The notes under the pieces: model-generated
Seen by the model: only the letters and a program-made list of their open reading frames with translations
The model's database searches: none
What the model was told of the DNA's origin: nothing
Part shown: positions 48,160 to 56,490 of the stretch, in pieces
Position numbering within the stretch: the stretch's first letter is position 1
Layout: each line of letters opens with the position of its first letter
Assembly: GCA_035776655.1 (NCBI GenBank)
Contig: DASTWK010000017.1
Location: 11,940-75,939 of the forward strand
Direction: 5' to 3'
DNA length: 64,000 nucleotides
Origin: Mycobacteriales bacterium
GTDB lineage: Bacteria > Actinomycetota > Actinomycetes > JAFAQI01
Translations under genes and position numbers: made by a program

Positions 48160-48624
48160 GTGCTTGCTCCGGGGACGAGAGCTCCCGACTTCCGGCTGCC
48201 GGACCACACCGGGCGGGTGTGGCAGCTCGACGAGCTGCGGGGCACGTGGGTGCTGCTGTGGTGGTATCCGAAGGCCAGCACCCCCGGTTGAACGATCGAA
48301 GGTCAGGCGCTGCGGGACAGGGCCAAGGAGTTTGCCGCCGTGAGCTGTGTCGTGCTCGGTGCCTCGTTCGACACCGTGGAGGAGAACCGTGCCTTCGCTG
48401 AGGCGCAGAACTTCGCGTTTCCGCTGCTGTCCGACGTCGACCGGACGGTCGGAGCCGCCTATGAGGTGGCGCGCCCGGCGCAGGACCAGTTCGCCGCATT
48501 CCCGTTGCGGGTGTCCTATCTCATTGATCCGGACCGGCTGATCCGACGTACTTATGCGGTCACCGACGTCGCCAACCATGCGGACGAGGTGCTCGCCGAT
48601 CTCGCCGCGTTGCAGCACGAGTGA
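48160..48624 (+). CDS. bcp: Bcp/PrxQ-type peroxiredoxin with in-frame TGA (48289-48291) at the peroxidatic Cys position, probable selenocysteine
   Basis: RBS GGAGG + GTG 48160; APDFRLPD...WWYPKASTPG*TIEGQALRD...GASFD...FPLLSD...RVSYLIDP is one continuous frame of 154 codons. Confidence 0.82.
48306..48324 (+). promoter_or_regulatory. Candidate bacterial SECIS hairpin
   Basis: GGC-G-CTG [CGGGA] CAG-G-GCC: 6-bp stem, 5-nt G-containing loop starting 21 nt after the TGA (folded by eye). Confidence 0.55.
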
Positions 48625-49385
48625 CGCAGCCGCCGCGCCCCACGCGCGTAGCGGCAGCGACCGGCGGCGACCGTCAAAGCGACGCGCAGGAGCTCACCGA
48701 GCGGGTCGCGCAGGTTGCTGGCGGTGCGGCTCGAGCGGCGGTGCTCGGCGTCAGTGACGGCCTCGTCACCAACGTCGCACTGATCCTCGGGGTGGCCGGG
48801 GCGAACGCCTCGGCGGCAAGCGTGCGGCTGGCCGGCTTCGCCAGTCTCATCGCCGGCGCTCTGTCGATGGCGGCCGGAGAGTGGATCTCGATGCGCAGCC
48901 AGGTCGAGATCTATCGCGGCGTGCTGGCCGAGATCAACCAGCTGGTGCAACGGAACCCGCGGCTGGTGCTCGACGAGCTGACCGATCGACTGGAAGCGGC
49001 CGGCTTCGGACGGACCACGGCGCAGCTCGCCAGCACCGAGCTGCCGCTGGACGAACCGCGGTTCCAACGGTTCACGGCCCGCACGGTGTTCGGCCTCGAT
49101 CCGGACCAGTTGGGCTCGCCGCTCGCCGCCGCGGGCAGCTCGTTGCTCTTGTTCGCCGTGGGCGCGCTGGTGCCGCTGCTGCCGTGGTTCTGGCTGGCGG
49201 ACGGCCTTGCCACCGCGGTGTCGGTCGCGGCGACGGCGGTTGCCAGCGCGATCGTGGGGGCTTACGTCAGCCGCAGTGGTGGGCGCGGCAGCGCGGTCGG
49301 GGCGTTGCGCCAGGTGGTCGTCGTGGCGGCTGCCGCCGCCGTCACCTATGGCATCGGCACGGCGTTCGGGTCGGTCATCTCCTGA
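48621..49385 (+). CDS. VIT1/CCC1 family Fe/Mn transporter
   Basis: AAVLGVSDGLVT, GALSMAAGEWIS, GALVPLLP; GTGA overlap with the peroxiredoxin gene. Confidence 0.9.
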   Translation: MTQPPRPTRVAAATGGDRQSDAQELTERVAQVAGGAARAAVLGVSDGLVTNVALILGVAGANASAASVRLAGFASLIAGALSMAAGEWISMRSQVEIYRGVLAEINQLVQRNPRLVLDELTDRLEAAGFGRTTAQLASTELPLDEPRFQRFTARTVFGLDPDQLGSPLAAAGSSLLLFAVGALVPLLPWFWLADGLATAVSVAATAVASAIVGAYVSRSGGRGSAVGALRQVVVVAAAAAVTYGIGTAFGSVIS

Positions 49386-49463
49386 CAACTTGCCCGCTGT
49401 GGCAGGAGTCGGCGGGCACAGCGCGAACTAGACCCGGACGTCACCGATCTCGGGGGATTCCAC

Positions 49464-52400
49464 GTGTTCTCACGTTCACGCCGTGCTGCCTTCGTTTCGA
49501 CGCTCGCCGCCACAATGGCGGTTGCCGTCGCCGCCCCGGTCATCGCCTGTCCGCCGGTGTTGCCCGGCACCCGCGACGCCCAGCGGGTCTATGGGGAGCG
49601 CATCACGCACATCGGCGTGACGTCCCCGGCCGCGCTCGTCGGCACGACGCGGCTGACCGCGGCACCGGCCGGCACCCGGCCGCGGCTGACCACCTTCTCC
49701 GGGCGGTTGACCCGCAACCCCGGCAGCAACAACGCGGCGGCCTTCCAGACGCCGGCTGACGCCTGCGCTCGTCCGTCCTGCATCGAGCTGCGGGTGCGGG
49801 TGCCCAAGAGCGCGCACCGGCAGACGCTCTACGCCCGCGCAGCGTGGGCGGCAACGACTCAGTACGTGCACATCTGGGGTGTCGATCCCAGCGGTCGGGT
49901 CGTCGGCAAGTCCGATGTCGCCTCCAGCTTCGACAAGCGCGTGGGCAACGCCGACGTCGCGCCGCTCGCCGAGTTCACGGTGCCCAACCCGAAGCCGGGC
50001 CTGTGGCGCATCCAGGTGCGTGCGGTGTTCGGCTACCGCATCCCGGTGCGTGCCGCGGTCGCGTTGGTCGCCGCGCCGGCGCTGCAGCTGCCGCAGCAAA
50101 ACGTCATCCAGCTGGCGAACCACTACCTGACCCAGACGTTGAACTACAACATCGTGTTCGTGAACCGCCGCTGGTCGAAGGCGGAGATCGCGGCGTTCCG
50201 CGCCTCGATGCCGACCGAGTATCGATCCGCGGTGTTGGAGAAGCAGTTCGACGACGGGTGCTCCAACCCGGCCGACGACCAGGCCTCCCAGTCCGTCAGC
50301 CAGTCCGGCGGCACACTCGTCAACTGGGGCACGTCCTACTACTGCGGAACCGAGACCGGCGGCAGCGGCAACGTGCCGTACTTCGAGCCGTTGCACTACA
50401 AGATCCAGTACCGCTTCCTGCAGGCGGACAGCACCTGGACCAACGATCTGTTCGCGACGATGCGCAAGCACACCACCATCGACCAGCCGTTCGCCGTGCT
50501 GCCCCCGGTCGGTGGCCGGCGGCAGACGCAGGGTCAGTACCTGGAGCAGTACGACGCGCAGGACGGCAAGGCCATGCGCGGTCCGGCGCACGCGGTGACT
50601 GATCCCAGCAAGGGCGACAAGATCGACGCATTCGCGGTCGAGGACTGGATCTTCAACCACCGGTACGACGCGAAGTATCGCCACTCGTTCAAGGACGTCG
50701 AAACCGGGGCGCTGCACTCGGGCGCGTTCATCACGCCGGACCCGAACGCCTACTTCGACCCGTTCTACACCGCGACCGGCAAGCGCGACCTCAACCGCAT
50801 GCCGCAGGGACCGACCACGTCGTACACGTTCTTCGCGATGGACACCTTCGACGGGCCGCTCGCGACGAAGTACTTCCGGCCCAACGCCTACCACTACTTC
50901 GACGTCAGCAAGCACATGGTCGACCCCGACCTGCACGAGCCGTCCGGTCCCGACTTCGCGCGGGCCTGGGGCGGTCGCTATCGCTTCTTCATGCACGACC
51001 TCGGTGCCGGGCCCAATGCGTACGAGAGCGCTGACACCGCGCTGACGCAGAACTACGGCGGCTCCGCCAGCGGACCGTTCGGCGACCCGCCGATCTGGGA
51101 CTACGACAACAACCCGCAATGGCAGGGCAAGCTCGCCGCCAACACTGCGCGCGACGCGCGGGTGTGGCTGTTCGCGCGGTTCCTCGGCGCCTACCTCTAC
51201 CGGCCGGTGCCGGCCGACGTCTACGCACTGGCCGACACCAACTGGCAGGACTGCTACTCCAACCCGCAGTGCTCCAAGGAGGGCATCAGCTACACCGACC
51301 TGCACAAGATCTACGACGAGTCCTACGTCAAGCGCAACCTCGGTGCGGCGCTGCCCGGCGCCACGTTCAACAGCCTCACCGGCACCAAGGGGTTCGTCGC
51401 CTACCGGCATCTCGGGTGCGCGGCCAACCGGGCGGTGGCTGCCCCGGACACCTCGCTCGTCGACAGCAGCGAGCAGGCGCAGTCACCGGTGCTGGTGCCG
51501 GACCCGGAGTGTGTCGGCAAGAAGTCCGATCCGCTGCAGCAGCTGCTCGAGATCGCCAAGGCGCGCGGCGACGAGCTCGCCGGCGGTGTGAACGACGCAG
51601 CGGCGAACCCGGCGGTCGTGCGGCACTACGTCGAGGAGCACCGGGCGCAGCTCGCTCCGCAGCCGGCCGGGCAGTTCACGCTGACGAACATCTCGGTGGT
51701 CTGGCCGGGTGCGACGACGTGGGCGCTGCCCGCCGTCGTCGGTGGCATCGCGATGGGCACGCCCAACGGAGAGGGCTGGGGCAACCTCAACAACGTCAAC
51801 GACCGGGTGAAGACCTCACAAGCGACGGACTGTGCGAAGAGCCTGCCGATCGCGCCGGGCTGTAACGGCGTGCCGCCGATCTCCAGCGGGTCGGGCTTCA
51901 GCTACACGATCGAGCACGAGTCGAGCCACTTCCTCGGTCTCACCCACCCGCACGACTTCATCGTGGTGGCCAGGGCGACCGGTGCCGGGCAGCAGCCGTG
52001 GCACTACTACGGCACCGGGTTCTCCAAGTACGCCGACTTCTCGATGGCTCCGACGACGTATGCGGGTGCGTTCGCGCCGTACAGCGTCCTCGATCAGGAC
52101 ATCATCCAGAAGGGCCACACGGCGGAGTACCTGCGCCAGATGCAGGACTACCTCGCCGACGCCTACGTCCGGGACGGCATGGCGGGACGAGTGCGCCCAT
52201 CGGGAGCGACACAGCACAAGGTCGACCAGGCGCACAACTGGATGGAGCTCGGCTCGAGCCTGTTCCGGTGTGGCGACTACCTGCACGCGGAGCGGGCGAT
52301 GCGCAACGCGTCGCTGGCTGCGCAGGGTGTCTTCGGGCCGGTGGTGGCGCCACGCCAGCTGAAGCCGGGCGAGAAGGTGCTGTTCCGCGTGGACCCGCAA

Positions 52401-52595
52401 CCGGTCTACGGGCCGGACGGCAAGCGGGTGGCCGGCTGCACTCCGCCGCGGGCCGCTGCCGCGGCGGGGGACATCGGTGGCATCGGGGCGCCGCTGGCGC
52501 CGGCGCTGCCGTTGGGTCTGGCGCTGATGGCCGCGTTCGGTGTGGCAGTGGTCCGCCCGCTGCGGCACCGGGGGCTGCGCCCCGCGCTCGTCTGA
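49464..52595 (+). CDS. Large secreted, C-terminally anchored protein with a metzincin zinc motif
   Basis: Signal peptide, PPC-like beta domain (PGLWRIQV), HESSHFLGLTH (HExxHxxGxxH) at 51915-51947, C-terminal TM followed by a basic tail. Confidence 0.75.
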   Translation: MFSRSRRAAFVSTLAATMAVAVAAPVIACPPVLPGTRDAQRVYGERITHIGVTSPAALVGTTRLTAAPAGTRPRLTTFSGRLTRNPGSNNAAAFQTPADACARPSCIELRVRVPKSAHRQTLYARAAWAATTQYVHIWGVDPSGRVVGKSDVASSFDKRVGNADVAPLAEFTVPNPKPGLWRIQVRAVFGYRIPVRAAVALVAAPALQLPQQNVIQLANHYLTQTLNYNIVFVNRRWSKAEIAAFRASMPTEYRSAVLEKQFDDGCSNPADDQASQSVSQSGGTLVNWGTSYYCGTETGGSGNVPYFEPLHYKIQYRFLQADSTWTNDLFATMRKHTTIDQPFAVLPPVGGRRQTQGQYLEQYDAQDGKAMRGPAHAVTDPSKGDKIDAFAVEDWIFNHRYDAKYRHSFKDVETGALHSGAFITPDPNAYFDPFYTATGKRDLNRMPQGPTTSYTFFAMDTFDGPLATKYFRPNAYHYFDVSKHMVDPDLHEPSGPDFARAWGGRYRFFMHDLGAGPNAYESADTALTQNYGGSASGPFGDPPIWDYDNNPQWQGKLAANTARDARVWLFARFLGAYLYRPVPADVYALADTNWQDCYSNPQCSKEGISYTDLHKIYDESYVKRNLGAALPGATFNSLTGTKGFVAYRHLGCAANRAVAAPDTSLVDSSEQAQSPVLVPDPECVGKKSDPLQQLLEIAKARGDELAGGVNDAAANPAVVRHYVEEHRAQLAPQPAGQFTLTNISVVWPGATTWALPAVVGGIAMGTPNGEGWGNLNNVNDRVKTSQATDCAKSLPIAPGCNGVPPISSGSGFSYTIEHESSHFLGLTHPHDFIVVARATGAGQQPWHYYGTGFSKYADFSMAPTTYAGAFAPYSVLDQDIIQKGHTAEYLRQMQDYLADAYVRDGMAGRVRPSGATQHKVDQAHNWMELGSSLFRCGDYLHAERAMRNASLAAQGVFGPVVAPRQLKPGEKVLFRVDPQPVYGPDGKRVAGCTPPRAAAAAGDIGGIGAPLAPALPLGLALMAAFGVAVVRPLRHRGLRPALV

Positions 52596-52623
52596 GGCGG
52601 CCCGACCGCGGGAGGGTGACGAC

Positions 52624-53397
52624 GTGGCTCGATGGGACCCGGAACAGTACGCCCGGTACGCCGACGAACGGTCCCGCCCGTTCCGCGAGCTCGTCGCCCG
52701 TGTCGGGGCGGCGGAGCCGCGGCACGTCGTCGATCTCGGCTGTGGCTCGGGTGAGCTGACGGCGTCGCTGCTCGACCGGTGGCCGTCGGCGCGCGTGGTC
52801 GGCGTCGACAGCTCAGCGGAGATGGTGGCGGCCGCAGCGACGCACGCGGTCGACGGTCGGCTGTCGTTCGTTCAGGCCGATGCGGCCGCCTGGCGGCCGG
52901 ACCAGCCGGTCGATGTCGTCGTCAGCAACGCGCTGCTCCAATGGGTGCCGGATCATCTCGACCTGCTGACGACGATCGCCGGGTGGCTCGCCCCGCAGGG
53001 GTGGCTCGCGTTCCAGGTGCCGGACAACTTCGACGCGCCGTCGCACACGTTGTTGCGCGACTTGCGCAGCTCGCCCCGGTGGCGGGACCGGCTGGGGGCC
53101 GGCGCCGACCGCGGCGCGGCGGTGGAGCGGCCGGAGCGCTATCTGCGCGCGTTGCAGGCCGCGGGTCTGGAGGTCGACGTCTGGCAGACGACTTACCTGC
53201 ACGTGTTGGTCGGCGAGGACCCGGTGTTGGAGTGGGTGAAGGGGACGGCGCTGCGACCGGTGCTCTCGGTGCTCGACCAGGACGAGCAGCGGCAGTTCCT
53301 CGGCGAGTACGGCGCCCAGCTACGGGCGGCCTATCCCGGGACGGAGAACGGCACCGTCTTCCCGTTCCGCCGCACCTTCGCGGTCGGCCACCTCTAG
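52624..53397 (+). CDS. tam: Trans-aconitate 2-methyltransferase
   Basis: WDPEQY..ERSRPF..L, VDLGCGSG, NALLQWVPDH, AFQVP, WVKGTALRP, FPFRR. Confidence 0.9.
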   Translation: MARWDPEQYARYADERSRPFRELVARVGAAEPRHVVDLGCGSGELTASLLDRWPSARVVGVDSSAEMVAAAATHAVDGRLSFVQADAAAWRPDQPVDVVVSNALLQWVPDHLDLLTTIAGWLAPQGWLAFQVPDNFDAPSHTLLRDLRSSPRWRDRLGAGADRGAAVERPERYLRALQAAGLEVDVWQTTYLHVLVGEDPVLEWVKGTALRPVLSVLDQDEQRQFLGEYGAQLRAAYPGTENGTVFPFRRTFAVGHL

Positions 53398-53451
53398 CTC
53401 CCGCGACGTCGACGACCTCCGTCGACGCCGTCGGGCTGCTTCACAGCGGCG

Positions 53452-54618
53452 TCAGTGCTTCTTGCGCCAGTGTGAGCGCGCCGGGATCTTGTCGATGTCG
53501 ACCCGGTCGACGTACTTCTCCGCGATGCGCGTGACCTCCTCGAGGAGGCCTTCCTCCAACGTGATCGGGCACAGCCCCAGCTCGATGAGCTGGTCGTTGG
53601 TGACGAGCAGCTCGTTCTCGGCCGCCTCGTTGCGCGGGTTCTCGACATGGTCGATCTCGACGCCGGTCAGCCGGGAGACGAGCTTGGCGAGATCGATGAG
53701 GCGGTGGGTCTCGGTCATCTGGTTGAACACCCGGACCCGGTCGGTGCGGGTCGGCGGGTTCTCGATGGCGAGCTGGATGCAGCGCACAGTGTCCTGGATG
53801 TGAATGAACGCTCGCGTCTGGCCGCCGGTGCCGTGGACCGTCAACGGATAACCGATCGCGGCCTGCATCAGGAAGCGGTTGAGCACGGTGCCGTAGTCAC
53901 CGTCGTAGTCGAACCGGTTGATCAGCCGCTCGTCGGTCGCGGTCTCCGCGGTCTGTGTCCCCCACACGATGCCTTGGTGCAGGTCGGTGACACGCACCTC
54001 GTCGTTCTTGTTGTAGTAGGCGAACAGCAGCTGGTCCTGGGTCTTGGTCATGTGGTAGATCGAGCCCGGGTTGGGCGGATAGAGGATCTCCGACTCGACC
54101 ACGCCGTCGTTGGTGGGGATCTGCACCTGCAGGTATCCCTCGGGGATCTTCACGCCGGCGGTGCCGTAGCCGTAGACACCCATCGTGCCGAGGTGCACGA
54201 CGTGGGTGTCGACCTCGGCCTCGACGATGGCGGCCAGCAGGTTGTTGGTCGCGTTCAGGTTGTTGTTGACGGTGTAGCGCTTGTGCCACGACGACTTCAT
54301 CGAGTACGGCGCGGCGCGCTGCTCGGCGAAGTGCACGACAGCCTCGGGTTGCCACTCCTGCAACAGCGTGAGCAGCCGGTGGTAGTGCACGGCGACGTCG
54401 AACCGGTCGAAACCGATGTCCTTGCCGGACACCTCACGCCAGGTCCGCAGCCGCACGCCCATCGGCTGGATCGGGGTCAGGGAGGACGCCTCGAGCTCGA
54501 TGTCAGCGTTTCGGCGCGCGAAGTTGTCGATGATGCGCACGTCGTGGCCTTGTGCCGACAGATGGAGCGCCGTCGGCCAACCGCAGAACCCGTCGCCCCC
54601 GAGGATCAGAACCTTCAC
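53452..54618 (-). CDS. sqdB: UDP-sulfoquinovose synthase
   Basis: MKVLILGGDGFCGWPTALHLS, HFAEQRAAPYSM, HLGTMGVYG, PGSIYHMTK, FDYDGDYGTVLNRF. Confidence 0.93.
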   Translation of the reverse strand: MKVLILGGDGFCGWPTALHLSAQGHDVRIIDNFARRNADIELEASSLTPIQPMGVRLRTWREVSGKDIGFDRFDVAVHYHRLLTLLQEWQPEAVVHFAEQRAAPYSMKSSWHKRYTVNNNLNATNNLLAAIVEAEVDTHVVHLGTMGVYGYGTAGVKIPEGYLQVQIPTNDGVVESEILYPPNPGSIYHMTKTQDQLLFAYYNKNDEVRVTDLHQGIVWGTQTAETATDERLINRFDYDGDYGTVLNRFLMQAAIGYPLTVHGTGGQTRAFIHIQDTVRCIQLAIENPPTRTDRVRVFNQMTETHRLIDLAKLVSRLTGVEIDHVENPRNEAAENELLVTNDQLIELGLCPITLEEGLLEEVTRIAEKYVDRVDIDKIPARSHWRKKH

Positions 54619-54622
54619 CGGT

Positions 54623-55531
54623 TCACCCTTCGCCGACCTCGCCGGCGGAGCCGGCCTGCGGAGGGAGCGTACCCAGGGCCGAACGCGCCGATTTGTCCGG
54701 CTGGTGCCGTCGCTGCCACAGGGGAGCGGACATCACCGCCAGCACGGTCAGCTCGGCGAGCACGGTCACGAGCCGGGAGGTCACGGCCGCCGCTTGCAGC
54801 TGGGCACGGGGATAGAGGCCGTGGAGCATCCACACATAGACCACCTCGCGGACACCGACTCCGCCGGGAGCGAAGACGACGACGAGCCCGGCCGCCCACG
54901 CGACGCACGCCGCGCCGGCGACGTACAACGGGTAGGTCGGGTGCCGGATTCCGGAGACGGCGACCTGGGTGAGGATCGACGCGAAGCCATAGGCGACGAA
55001 GCCGGCGAAGTAGATGCCCGAGGTCCGGACGACGCCGGTACGGGTGACGCGGGTACGCCGTTCCAGCCAGCGTGAGCCGAGGACAGGAAGGCCCGCCATC
55101 AGCACGAGCGGCAGCCATTGCGGGCTGTGCACGGTCATCCAGAGCGCTGCGGCTCCCAGCGCCGTGGTCAGCACCGTCACGTTCTCCGCGGCCACCGACG
55201 CCGCCTTGTCCCGGATGCGGCCGTGGACGGTGGAGGCACGCGCCACCGGAGCCCAGATCCCGCCGGGCAGGTAGCGCGCGACCTGCGTCTGACACCACGC
55301 TCGCACCGGACCCGCCGACACCCGTTCCGTGATCAGCGTCGACCATCCGGTCGCCAGCGCCACCCACCACGCGAGCGCGGCCGCGTAAGCCGCGAGCAGC
55401 GGTGCCACGCGGATGGCGGCAAGGTCCACCCGCTGGGAGGCGCGGTACCCGATGTAGCCGACCAGGACCAGCGCCAGCGGCAGGTAGACCACCCGCAGGA
55501 CGGCGATGACGCGGGGCAGCCGTTGCTGCAC
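54623..55531 (-). CDS. LPG-synthase TM / flippase-like (UPF0104) membrane protein
   Basis: QVARYLPGGIW and FAPGGVGVREVV motifs, about 8 TM; start approximate. Confidence 0.8.
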   Translation of the reverse strand: MQQRLPRVIAVLRVVYLPLALVLVGYIGYRASQRVDLAAIRVAPLLAAYAAALAWWVALATGWSTLITERVSAGPVRAWCQTQVARYLPGGIWAPVARASTVHGRIRDKAASVAAENVTVLTTALGAAALWMTVHSPQWLPLVLMAGLPVLGSRWLERRTRVTRTGVVRTSGIYFAGFVAYGFASILTQVAVSGIRHPTYPLYVAGAACVAWAAGLVVVFAPGGVGVREVVYVWMLHGLYPRAQLQAAAVTSRLVTVLAELTVLAVMSAPLWQRRHQPDKSARSALGTLPPQAGSAGEVGEG

Positions 55532-55653
55532 GACGGTCAGCCGGGCGCTGCCCGCCTGCCACAGCTGATGCCCGCGGACGAGCAGCACGTGGGCCCGCCC
55601 CGGCGGGTCGAGCCTTCGGTCGGGGTCAGCGGCCTGCTGCCCCGACTCCTCGC

Positions 55654-56472
55654 TCAACGCCCCTGGTGCGCGACGCGCCGTGCGCGCGTCCACTCGCGAA
55701 GCCACGTCTTGAGGATCACACGCGCGTATCTGCCGGCGTACAGAGCGTTGTGGCCCTTCTTGCTCTCGCCGGCGAGCCGCTTGTGCATCGTGATGGCCCG
55801 CTCCGTGACGCGGTAGCCGCGAAAGATCGCGCCGATGAGCAGCTCTGAGGTCTGGTATTGCACCTGCACCTGCGGGACCGACTGGGTCAGCTCGACCCGC
55901 ATCGCCCGGAAGCCGCTCGAGGTGTCGGTGACCCGCGTCCCGGTCAGCAGGCTGACCAGCCGCGCGAAGAAGGTGACGCCGGCATGTCGCACCGCGTCGT
56001 CGGTCTCGGCGGTGCCGAGGACCCGTGAGCCGATGACGAAATCGGCCTGGTCGCGGACCAGTGGCTCGAGCACGACCGGGATCTCCGCCGGATCCCACTG
56101 CAGGTCCGCGTCGAGCGTGACGACGTACTGCGCGCCGAACTCGGCCGCGAGCTGGTAACCCAGCCTCAGCGCGACACCGTGCCCGCAGTTGCGTTCCAGC
56201 CGGGCGAGGTGCACGCCCTCGTGCTGTTGGACGACTTCCGCCGTGCCGTCGGTGCTGCCGTCGTCGATGACGAGCGTGTCGATCTGCAGGCCGCAGGCCG
56301 TCGCCGGGATCGCGTCCAGCACCGCCCCGACGCTGTCACGCTCGTCGAGTGCCGCGATCAGCGCAACCACGGGGGCGAACTTGAGGTCGGTGTTCTCGGC
56401 GCAGAACCGCTCGAGCGCTGCCGCGCGGACCGCCTGGATGTATGGGCGGTCCTTGCGGTTGGTGGAGCTCAC
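55654..56472 (-). CDS. GT2 glycosyltransferase (polyprenyl-phosphate glycosyltransferase / DPM1-like)
   Basis: IAALDE, VIDDGSTDGT, TLDADLQWDP, DTSSGFRAM. Confidence 0.9.
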   Translation of the reverse strand: MSSTNRKDRPYIQAVRAAALERFCAENTDLKFAPVVALIAALDERDSVGAVLDAIPATACGLQIDTLVIDDGSTDGTAEVVQQHEGVHLARLERNCGHGVALRLGYQLAAEFGAQYVVTLDADLQWDPAEIPVVLEPLVRDQADFVIGSRVLGTAETDDAVRHAGVTFFARLVSLLTGTRVTDTSSGFRAMRVELTQSVPQVQVQYQTSELLIGAIFRGYRVTERAITMHKRLAGESKKGHNALYAGRYARVILKTWLREWTRARRVAHQGR

Positions 56473-56490
56473 CCGGTTACCCTACGGTTC

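Noticed and set aside
48160-48624. Interpretation of the peroxiredoxin as a simple pseudogene
   Set aside because: The only lesion is a TGA at the catalytic Cys codon, with a downstream hairpin and intact coupling to VIT1. It remains the fallback if no Sec machinery exists.
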